Source of the DNA: Utricularia gibba | Lineage: Eukaryota > Plantae > Magnoliophyta | Assembly (NCBI GenBank): GCA_002189035.1 | Contig: CM007989.1 | Span: forward strand, 1,860,001 to 1,924,000 | DNA: 64,000 nucleotides | Reading direction: 5' to 3' | Shown here: positions 53,603 to 64,000 of the stretch, piece by piece | Layout of the letters: every line of letters begins with the position of its first letter | Numbering within the stretch: the stretch's first letter is position 1 | The notes under the pieces: generated by a model | Database searches by the model: none | What the model was told of the DNA's origin: nothing | Seen by the model: only the letters and a program-made list of their open reading frames with translations | Position numbers and translations under genes: made by a program

Positions 53603-55487
53603 GGAACGAACACGTCCACCTTCCTATTCGTATCGGTATTGGAATCGGAGAGATGAGCCGACGGAAAGCGAAGAAGAAAGCGGCCTGATGAAGAGAACCC
53701 GATACCAATCCCATACATATATATATCCGCGCACACACGCAGCGTCCCCATCGGCCCGCGCACACACAAACAGTATGGACGGAGAAGAGGGAGAAGGACT
53801 TTTATCACGTTAAACTAGTCTCCCCCCCAGGTGGACCTTCTAGAAGCCATAACAACGGTCTTTTAGAACCCCTCCCGAGCCGAGCTCCGGCTCGGGCTCA
53901 TGGGGCCACGGGTCCGTCCACCCCTATCTATCTATCCATCTAGACATATGCACCTCCTGGGCTGTCTATTCCTATGAAAAAATTGATCATTTTGAATATT
54001 CTTCTTGAACTGGAGATAAATGAAAGATGGCCCCAACTGGAGGGTGGGCCCCCTTGACGATACGGGCAATGGAGGATCAAGGGGAAAAGGCAGCCGCCGG
54101 TCGAGGGAAGAAAAGAAAGGTTCCCGGAAGGGGGCGGGCCCACAGTTTGAATTGTCTGAGGCGTCGATCTTGAACGCCTCAATGGGGGCGTCCGCAACGA
54201 ACAAAGACGGTCGCTTCCTCCGGGCCCACAGTCTCACCCATCGCATTGAGATTTTTTTGTTTTAAAGCGATTCACTCGGGAAATATCTGATGAAAAGAAA
54301 AATTTCGGATTTGTTCTGGGTTATGATTTTTTTGAAGTGATTTCTTTTTATTTTTTAAGGATTTTAATATTTTACCATTTTGCATAATAAAATAAAAAAA
54401 ATTAAAATTCTGTGGCTAATGTCATAAATTATAGAATTTTTTAAATTTCTATATTCATAGATTAAATAATAAATTAATTAGAAAATTATATAATTTATTT
54501 TAAATATATATTTATATTATAATATTAAATTATATAATAACTTAATATATTATATTTTATTAAATTTTATAATATAATTTTATGTTATTTCATAAAACAG
54601 TTTTACAATCTCAAACTAAACTGATTATATTACTATAATCTTAAAACTAATTGTATTACTTAAAAAATTACTTCATTTTTCTAGTAGAATCATTTGCGCT
54701 TGGCGGCTTAAACCGGGTGATCATTGCACCGCCGCCGGCGGCCGACAGATTTAATTTTATAATGGTCGCGATAGAGAAGGGAGGCTGGCAGTGGTTAGAA
54801 TAGTATCTAAGACAGGTTAATGAACTGATAACGAGTGGTGGACTGAAGAACAAAGTAGGCAATGATCAGTAAAAGCAAGTGGTTTCCATAGCGAAGATTG
54901 GAATTTCTATTTACCAATCAGTGGTGATGGGCTTGCTTTCTTTGTGCCAAACAGCCGCTGCATTGAATGGCTGCAGTCAAAATGAAATGGATTTGGATTC
55001 TGACCTCCTCCACCCAACAAGTACAGGATCCAACTGCTGCAGCCGATTTCTCCGACCCTGGCTGGCGCTGTCGGAAAGTAGGATCACAGGCCGGATCCCA
55101 CTTCCAAGTTTTCACCTTGGAGCACTCAACGCCAGTTTCCTGAAGAGGGATGAGAATCCACTAGAAACAAATCTTCGTTGCTATGAGCATCACGTCACAG
55201 TCAAGTCGCATACATACGGCAGACCTGATCCCTGACTGACCCCAGTAGAAAGAAAGACAAAATGGGAAACTTGAAATACGATTTTCTGAACAAAAGAAGA
55301 TAAACGCTATCTATTCATTCATGGATTGTGGTGGACGTCTGATGATGCATGCATCCATGTTATGTATGTAGCGCACCCTTGACAAAGATCAATTTACTCA
55401 AGGTAGATGCAGAGAGAGCATTATCATTCTTATTTTTCATGGGGTGAGAGAGACAAGGAACTGGCACCTGGTTGACAAGAAGATCCA

Positions 55488-56641
55488 CTACTCATGTGGG
55501 GCTCCAGATAGAGCAGCTTCCGCAGATTCGTCCTCAGCATCGAGCTCTTGCTCCACGCCTTTGACCTCAGGGACATAGTGCATCAGCATATTCTCTATGC
55601 CGGATTTTAAGGTGACGGATGAGCTGGGACACCCACTGCAAGCACCTTGCATTCTCAGCTTCACGATCCCGGTGTCTTCGTCAAATCCCACGTACTCGAT
55701 ATCTCCGCCATCGTCTTGCACGGCTGGCCGGATTCGGGTCTCAAGGAGTTCCTTGATCATGGCGACAGTTTCTGAGTCATCTTCATGGATAGCTGTGTCC
55801 ATTGACGCTGCAGTTGAGGAGTCCAACAACAGTGGCTCCCCTGATGAGTAGAAATCCATTATCGCTGCAAAAACTTGAGGTTTAAGCAGGTCCCAAGAAA
55901 TTTCTTCCGACTTGGTCACTGTTACGAAATCTGATCCATAGAAGACCCTCGTAATGCCTGTAATAAGAAGAAGACATACGTCAGACAAAACAATAATCGC
56001 TTCATAATTGGTGCAGCGGACAAAACATAGAACAAATCAACCACGAATAAAAGCCAATCAGCTGGTCATAGAAAATGGATCTTGAATTTGCACGTTACTT
56101 CTCATTCTAATCGTTGCAGACATTGTGGAATGAGAAGGTATACATTCATGTGAGGAGAATAAAATTTACTACTCACCGTCAATCCCATATAGAGCTTTTG
56201 CCAGGGGTGAAGTCATAGCGGAGCGCGCATTGGGGAAGTCCATGCTCCCAGTCTCCATAACTGCCTTCCCAGGGTAGAACATGAGGGAAGCAGGATTGGG
56301 AGTTGACTGCGTTTGAATGAACATATTCCTCCTCTGCCCTGCTCAGACGTCATACAATCATTTTCATGTCTATAACGTTTAGAAACAAAAAGATTTTATA
56401 TATCAAAAAATGCTGAGATCCCTAAAGACAATGGACCTTGGAAATAGTTCCATGCTGAGTTGTGAGAGGAGTAATTCCAGAAAGTGCCATGCTCAGTTTT
56501 TGCTGAAGAAGCAAAAGCCAGCCTACAGAGTACTGAAAGTCCCCTCACTGGGTTTCGGTGACCTGATAGTTTTACAGCAGATCCTCCATTGGCAAGGCCG
56601 AGGACGGCAGTCCTCTGGATAATTCTAGAGAAGTGCCTCAT
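55488..56641 (-). CDS. NFU4: NifU-like protein 4/5, mitochondrial Fe-S carrier, 3 coding exons
   Basis: Transit peptide [10 protein letters not shown]..., [36 protein letters not shown] and the CxxC motif [23 protein letters not shown]. Confidence 0.95.
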
Positions 56642-57610
56642 CACAACCTCCAAGCTGTCTAGCCACCGGCAGCAAAGATTTAGAGGAACCTCCTAGATAG
56701 TACCATGATGACAATGGAGCTTATCAAAATGAGTGAATGACTCCCAAGAGGTCTTTCGCAATTCTGAACTCGGCCTATCAGAATAAAAGGTAGATAAAAC
56801 TGCCAAGCTCAAGAAAATATATGGAGGAGACAGTACTCATTAAAGACTGATATCCCACATCACCGGTAATTATAATGCTCTTCAGGATGAAACGCCTACT
56901 ACTGTACACATGATATGATTCCGAATATCCGAATACAGCACCAGTCTGTTCATTGAGACAGAGAAAGAGTCACCATTGGGGCAACATGATATTGAGTAGT
57001 TGTAAAATCAGGCAAGTTTCCACAGAAATGCTAGAGTATTTCGCAGAAACAAAACAACATGCCCATGCAGCCAAGCACCTCAAACAAGTCACACCCACAA
57101 AGAGAATCACAGTTTTCAATGAATTGAGATCTGAAGCAGCACCATACCACATCCAAAAAACAGAATTAACCAGCCGGATAGTCAATCAAACAATAAACCC
57201 AACAACACATCAGAAACCTCAGCACGAAATAGAAGCCCACCTAGGAAACGAAAACAAAATACAAGAAAGGGAAGGGAAGCAGAACCTCAGAACCGCAACG
57301 ATGCCCTAGAAAATCCTATATTCCCGAAAGCCTTAGGGCAAAAGCATCCAGAACATTTGGATGGACCAAGGCATCCATCAGATTTTGGTGGGCCGAGTTC
57401 TCGGGCCGAAGAGCACCAGGAAAAAGATGAACTCACCTCGTGGGTTAGGTCTATGCATGTTTTTATATTAATTATAAATAATATTATTTTAAATATATAT
57501 TAATCAAATTTATTATTTATTTAAATATAAATAATTCAAGTATATTCAAACCAGTTTTTTGTATTTGAATACTGCCACGTCGACACGACATCTCACAAAT
57601 TGGTAACCCG

Positions 57611-57619
57611 AAACCCTAA
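57611..57619 (+). promoter_or_regulatory. Telo-box AAACCCTAA upstream of NFU4
   Basis: Exact motif near GGCCC-type elements in the divergent NFU4/TCP region. Confidence 0.4.
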
Positions 57620-59827
57620 TCACTTATCGGCCCCCAAATTTTGGGAAAAGGGAACTCGTTCTCTACCCTTTTTGTTGTTTGTTCCGCGCATGAGAACACA
57701 GACAGCACTGCCGCTTGATCCTTCCAGCTATCAGCTCCATCTTCTTCGTTGCATTGCGCGATCAGCAACAGGAGAGTCTGTTACCCATTTGTTACGGAAG
57801 GTGACCTCAACGCCGGCGGTCGCACGCAATCTGCGTTATCGAAAACATTACTACAACGATGCACTCATCCGCCGAACGTCAAAGAAATGATCCAAGAACT
57901 GTCTTCTTCGTTGGTAATAGAAAAAAAATGCATGAGAAGTTAGTTAATGAGACGGGGGTAGTGTTCCCAGCTTCTGCTCCTGGTGTAGGGCTGTGTTTAG
58001 TGCAGGAGCTTGTTAGAACTGTGTTTATCCTGCAATGCAAAACACTCAGATGGTATCAGAAACAACATATGCATCTCTTAGTTTGGGTTTTAGGTGCTTG
58101 CCCCATCTAACTTTTACCCATTGCTGCTGCTACTTCCACCGTCTGGTATCCTGCGCCCCCATTTTCTCTGCTTCCCCTCTTCACTTAAAAAAACAAACAG
58201 ACAAATTTCTGAAGGGAGGGGAAATTTCACACCCAACTTGTTACCAACCCTTGCAGCTCGGGCGGACAAAAGAAGACAATGTCTGCATCTTCGCCTTCGC
58301 CCTACCTACACCCATGTCCTTCCACCAAGGAAAGAAAGAACAAGGGGTGATCATGATGTCGTCTTCTCTCTCCACACCAAGTAGCATGTCCGAAGCAAAA
58401 TCCATACTTCTCAAAAGCCCCCCGCGCCTGGTGTTGGCTACTGGATTTAAGAACCACAAAGGTTTCTTTCCATGGTACACGGGTCGGACCCTGTTCTGAC
58501 CGTGGATCCGGTCGGTCGGGACGAAAAAATGTGAACTCTTTTTAAGAAGATTCAGACACTCGTTATATTTTATTACAATTACTTCTGAAAAAATATTTTA
58601 CGAGAAATAGAATTTGAGGCAAAAGGTAGCAAGAATATGCAAGTAACACCCCTCTTTTTCTTGGGGACTCCTGGCGAGGAAGGTGAAGTGCAGGAACACC
58701 AGAAAAGGAAGGGGGCCAAAAACCCTAGATGGATGAGGTACAATTTTGTTTATTATTTTAAATGCAATCTCACTGCATCCTGCAATTTTTTGTGGTGTGG
58801 TCCTGTGTTAGTTCAGCGTAGAAAAAGGAGAGGCCTTGAAGAAGGGTCCCTAAGCTGGTCCCTCGTCTGCGGAATTGCGCACACACTGCTCTTGCTGCTG
58901 CTGCTACTCCTACTGCTACTGCTCTACTGCTACTCCTGGCTGCTGGCTGCTGGCTGCTGCTACCCCAATAATCTCAGTCCTATTTAACACTAACCCGCCA
59001 TCTCAGTTTTAACTAATCCCTCCGCTTTGCTCTAAACCACGTGTGATCTTTTAATTTTGGGCAGCCATTATTGTGCCTGTCAGTCAATACAGCAAGGCCC
59101 TACTCCCCGACATATCTCTCCCCTTTGAGACGCAGACTTGCCCCTTTTAAGATACTTGTAATGGGAGACTGGTATTCTAGCCATCGGTGTGTATGACCTG
59201 AAAGTGACAGAAGAGAACATGATGAAGTGTTGCAGAGCTCAAGGGGGCGTAGTGGCGCTTCTCTATTGTGGATATAGATACCTGTAACTTTAAGGCCTTG
59301 GAGAGGACAAGGAGAGTGTCAGACGTTGATTTTGTTTACCAGAATAGTGGATCAAACCAACACGCCCCTTCATCAGCTTGTGGGTTTCACTTTCATTGGC
59401 ATATTTTTTTGTTACTGATCCGTCCATCCAGATGGGATGCTTTCTGGTTATTATTTTGATGGTGTTTTCTCTTTTTTTTGTAGGAGGATGGTCCCGTGGT
59501 TGAAGGAAGTGCTTTTATTTTCTCTGTTGAAGTGGAGAAGGGAAATAAAGAATGGGTTGAAAAAGCAAGAGTGGTTTTCAAGAGCTACTCGCTTATTAAT
59601 CATGGCGTCAAACACATGAACATTGAATTTTGCCAACTTTGGATCAGCAGCAGCGTTTAGCTTTGCAGTCTCAGCCAAGTCCCGAGGACTGCTGAAAGAG
59701 AAGGGGGAGAGGGAGATAGAGAGAGAGAGAGAGAAAGGGCTGTATCCTGTTTTTTCTTCTCTGAGTTTCCCTGGCTCGCCAGTCTGCTCTTCCAGAGGAG
59801 AAGAAAAGAGATTCGCCTGGCCCAGAA

Positions 59828-59873
59828 ATGGTAAAAATCTTACCAAGCTCGATTATGCTGAATCATCTCTGTT

Positions 59874-59905
<32 letters not shown>

Positions 59906-60864
59906 TGTGATACTGGGTTATGTCAGATGCAGATGGCGGATGGAGGTGATAAAGCCGAGGAGGTTGCAGAGAGAACCGCGCCCACAGCCGCTGCTTCTTG
60001 CTCGCGGAAGTGGTCGAGCAGCAGCTACAAGAACCCGCGGATCGTCCGCGTGTCTCGCAGCTTCGGAGGCAAAGATCGGCACAGTAAGGTGTGCACGGTT
60101 CGCGGGTTGAGAGACAGGCGGATCCGTCTCTCCGTTCCGACGGCGGTTCAGCTGTACAGTCTTCAGGACCGTCTGGGGCTGAGCCAGCCAAGCAAAGTCG
60201 TCGACTGGCTGCTCGACGCCACCAAGCATGAGATCGAGAAGCTCCCTCCGTTACCGGCGATCAACATGAGCATGAATATGCTCCTTCCGATCACCCCACG
60301 CCTCCGTTGCCCTTCCACTTTCAGCCTTACGCCCCGACCCATTTCCTCGGGAAGGATCTGGGTCTCGTCGGCGCCATGGGGCTTGGAATGGGCATGGCGA
60401 CGGATCAAGGGGTGATGAAGGAGAAGCAGGAGGAGGCGCCTCCGACTGAAGAGGTGGGGCTCGTGGGCCAAAATCTTACACTCAATAACTCTGCTGCCTC
60501 CTTCCAAAACCCTTATTTCCATTGGGATCTGCATAACCCCTCCCATTTCGGACTTGGAGCAGCAGGCTTCAATTTTCCCTTCCACACCCACACTCACGCT
60601 GAAGAAGAAGAAGAAGAGGAGGAGGAGGAGGAAGACTATGATGATAAACAAAAACGGGAGGAAGAAGAAGATAGCAGCAACCAGATCCAGAACTCCTTCC
60701 ATTGTACACCTCATTACTTCTGCTCTACTCCCTTTCTTCATGATCCTTCACTCCTACCACCCACAACCCTGAAACTCATAAACCAGCCTGCTAGCAGTGC
60801 TGCTCCTCCACACTCAGACTGCAGCACAGCAACCCCACAGCTGAAAACTGTTGAACCCCAATAA
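59828..60864 (+). CDS. Class II CIN-type TCP transcription factor (TCP5/13/17-like); apparent frameshift at ~60295
   Basis: TCP domain [62 protein letters not shown]. An intron at 59831-59926 follows the ATG at 59828; the alternative start is 59927. Confidence 0.9.
59872..59906 (+). repeat. (TTTC)n microsatellite in the first intron of the TCP gene
   Basis: About 8 tandem TTTC units. Confidence 0.9.
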
Positions 60865-62264
60865 ACCAAACGTTTCCATCCAATCTACTGGAAGTCTCCT
60901 TCCACTTAGAAACCTGGGTCCGGGCCCCCGTGCTTCAGGTCTATTCTTCATCCAACAACATGGTATGTATTGCCAAATTCTCTGTTGCTTTCTCTTTTCT
61001 CAATCTGATTCCGCTCCTTTTCAACAATGTTAAATAAAGCATCAACTTGGAGAAATGCCTCTGGATTTTCATTGTCGTCTTTTAGACCAAGTCTTTATGC
61101 TTCCCCTAGAGGAATGATTACCGATCAGTACGCAATTGCATGTTAATCAGTTTGTGCTTCTCCGAACCCCATTTTTCAATGCTGGAAATCAACAAGTTTT
61201 CAGTGTAAGAGGAACAAAATGGAGAAAACCCACTTGGGAAGAGGAAACCAGAAAAATTACTGCGTAAATACCACTTGAAACGAACCCCACCAAACCCTTT
61301 TCTTTTTGGCTCCACAGAATCATCTTCCTTAACGAGGCTAGAGGAAAGCATCTGTTTCGATCCCGTATATTGTGTACAACAGATAAGAAGAGAATTAAAA
61401 TTGATGTATAAAAATTAGTTTTTTTTACATATTATTTAAATAATGAAATTAAAAATATATTTTTAAACATAAAACAATCGATATTCAATCCTATATTCAT
61501 TCAAAGTTATGATGTAAATACAATATAATTTATATTTTTTTCTGAAAAAGACAAAAAAAAAGTAGAGGTGGTACTAACGATTCATTGATAAATAAATCAA
61601 AGACATTTATTCAATATAGTGTATGTGTCACATATATTGAAATTAAGTATATAATGAATTAGATGAGTACAAATGACTTTTAAATACACAAAAATACAAA
61701 TTATATTAAAAAAAATTAGACACAATCTATACTAATGATTTGAATTTGGTGTATCTACATAAAATTCAAGTATATAATAAACATTTATAAGTATGAATGT
61801 GAAATTTGTTTGTTCTAATAACATGGAGTCAAAAAAGAGAAGGAATGGCGAGCGGTTGATGAGGGGGGCGCGCCACAGTCCCTCCCACTGGCCCTTCTGA
61901 GACAGTTTTGAATTGACTTGAAGTGGAGTGAGTTGTGTGGGAGTACTGGTCCCCAGCAAGCAAGCAAGCAAAGGAACAATTGTACGGTGGAATGCTGTGC
62001 CTGCTCTCTCCTTCATAAAGGAAATGTAAATAGAATCACAGGTTTGCTCCCAAGCAAGGCCTACATCTAACTAGCTGGGGTCACCGGGAATCTTTAGAAC
62101 CCAACTCATGGATGGATGCCATTGCTCAACATTCAATAGCCCTACTTACACTGAAATCGAACTACCTTCGAAATGACATAAAGGAATGCTTAGTATGGCA
62201 TGGCTTAAGTAGTGGACACCACTACGTCTGCAAAATACAGTAGTGGTTTCTGGGAATATGGCAT

Positions 62265-63381
62265 TTAGGGAACTGCATCCCCTGAGGGTGTTTTGGCATT
62301 CAGGTTACCATAGTGGAGGCGGCAGACGGGCATGTAAACATCAGCACCACCGATCAGGTCTCTCTGAGTCTCCTCTGTCTTCCTCAGAGTGAAGAATGCG
62401 CGCTTCCCACATACTTCACAGCGGGCTGTCAGCTTGGTTACAGTGTCTGCAAGTGGGATGATATCCAGAACCGACCCAAAGCTCCTCCTATTATTGCATA
62501 TCATGCGAATCGATTAAAGAATCATATGGCAATGATATCTTGTTCAGAATTTTTTTTAAAAAAAATGAGCAGATTGTGAATGTGCATTCATCGTGGTTTT
62601 ACTCTTTTAAGTAATGCGTATGCTGTAATAAATTACCTTGTGTAGTCGCCATCCAGCCCGGCAACAACGATGGTCTTGCCATCAAGATCAGCTGCTTGAC
62701 AGCAGAAATCGTAAAGGTCATCAAAGAATTGTGCTTCATCAATGCCGATCACATCGACCTGTTGAATCATCGTTGTTTTATTAGCTCGATGGTGCTATAG
62801 GAACAGCTAAGCATCAAAAAGTTATGAACTTGATTAATTCAACCATGATCGTCGTTGAAGACAAAAGAAAGCAACAGGGCAAGACATATCTCATTAGAGG
62901 AAGAAAGAATCGCCCTCTACATCACTCAACAACTGCATCCATGAAGAATTAACACAAGAAGTGGCCTGTAGGATTACCTTGTTGTAGCGATCGAGGCCGA
63001 ATTTGTGCTTGAAAGACGAGAGGTCCGACAAAGACCAGCATGGAAACCGTTTCCCGTCGTGGGTCACCACCGAATCCACCGCGTAACGCGTATCCTTGCT
63101 AGACTTTATCATCACCACCTTTCTACAAAAACCCAACCGACTGACTATAAGCGCTACATCAGTTGCCAACACACATATACCCATAAAAAAAAAATCATCG
63201 ACATACGACGGAATCAAACAAAAAAGCAGGGAAAGAATGCCGAATGACGCGATCAAATAGCGAACCTGCCGGATTGAGCCTCAGCGGTCACCCGGAAGAG
63301 GAGCGCTGTGGATTTTCCGGCGAACATAGGACCGAGGATGACATGAATCTGACCACCTTCTGCGGATGAAGACATGATCAT
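62265..63381 (-). CDS. TK1: Thymidine kinase 1 (TK1a-like, no long transit peptide), 4 exons
   Basis: [16 protein letters not shown] (P-loop), [34 protein letters not shown], the Zn-binding CEVCG and [14 protein letters not shown]. Start is 63381 or 63375. Confidence 0.96.
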
Positions 63382-63564
63382 CTGAGAAAGACAGGAATGA
63401 GTGGGCGCGTACACTAGCAGTGGCTTACCAGTCACGATCTCGACTTGCAGGCGGCTTTATACAATCTCAAGTTTCAGGAGGGAAGGGAAACTTGAAAAAA
63501 TCTGAAACGCGCCCGCGCCAACATTTCAATCGTCTTTTTTTGTTTTCCCAAACTACCCCTCCTT

Positions 63565-63577
63565 TGGGCCCAGCCCA
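63565..63577. promoter_or_regulatory. Site II motifs (TGGGCC, AGCCCA) upstream of TK1
   Basis: Paired TGGGCY-type motifs about 190 nt upstream of the start codon; typical of proliferation-linked promoters. Confidence 0.5.
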
Positions 63578-64000
63578 ACCCCATTCTGCGGCATCCCACA
63601 TCGGGCCATCTGTGTACGGTTTAGAATTAATTATTAAAAAAATTGATTTTGCATATATAAACAAAGAACTGATAGAACATGTAAAATTTTTTGAAAAATA
63701 ATTTTATAATATGATAAAACAATGAAAATTAACACGCGTTCTTGTTTCTAAATAGTAAAGATCAATTATATCTGATATTTAAATAATAGTCATTCAGAAT
63801 GTTTAAGATAAAAAAATATTTAGTATTATTTTTATTTAATATATCAAATTTTAAATGTTAAATACATTACATAAGTTAAAAATATTGAGGATCAATTATA
63901 TCAAAATGAATTACATGCATCGTTCTTAACAAATAGTGGAGACTAATTTGTATGTAAACATGAAATTTTTTCAACATTAAATATTATGAAAAAGAAGTAA

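Noticed and set aside
54689-54705. ATCATTTGCGCTTGG resembles the U4 snRNA 5' end
   Set aside because: Only about 11 nt match; the rest of U4, the Sm site and a USE are absent.
58209-58218. CTGAAGGGAG resembles the miR159/319 core near a TCP gene
   Set aside because: A 10-nt match only, with a weak hairpin. TCP5/13/17-type genes are not miR319 targets.
59205-59215. TGACAGAAGAG resembles the miR156 5' end
   Set aside because: The match stops at 11 nt and no complementary star arm was seen.
63593-63603. ATCCCACATCG matches the plant snRNA upstream sequence element (USE)
   Set aside because: No correctly spaced TATA and no recognisable snRNA sequence downstream (only AT-rich spacer). It lies in the TK1 promoter, so probably coincidental.

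Overview
Eukaryotic nuclear DNA from a flowering plant (eudicot). It is very gene-dense: about 18 recognisable and 2-3 hypothetical protein-coding genes in 64 kb, with short introns and AT-rich spacers. I recognised no intact transposon, tRNA, rRNA or CRISPR array. Gene order: an uncharacterised plant protein (-), two small hypothetical genes (-), ATG8 (-), GPPS/GGPPS small subunit (+), aconitase (+), eIF1/SUI1 (+), CDPK (-), PPR-DYW (-), tryptophan synthase beta (+), an unassigned locus at 22.5-23.1 kb (-), VUP1-like (+), PDIL5-4-like (+), DExH6-like RNA helicase (-), fasciclin-like AGP (-), FHY3/FAR1 (+), an uncharacterised coiled-coil protein (+), PDR/ABCG transporter (-), NFU4 (-), CIN-type TCP (+) and thymidine kinase (-). 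The type-I-like GPPS small subunit and the compactness suggest a small-genome Lamiales plant; this is inference only. The strongest hidden pattern is that six unrelated genes carry frameshifts that are each repaired by adding one base to a G or C homopolymer, and a seventh gene has a similar -1 break. This is most likely systematic assembly error, so these should not be called pseudogenes. The best biological leads are an FHY3-binding-site motif in the FHY3-like gene's own promoter, a signal-peptide locus interrupted by one in-frame TAG, a 3-exon orphan gene model with a GC-AG intron, and stop/start-overlapping uORFs. I found no convincing new multi-gene system. Exon boundaries were read by eye and CDS spans include introns.
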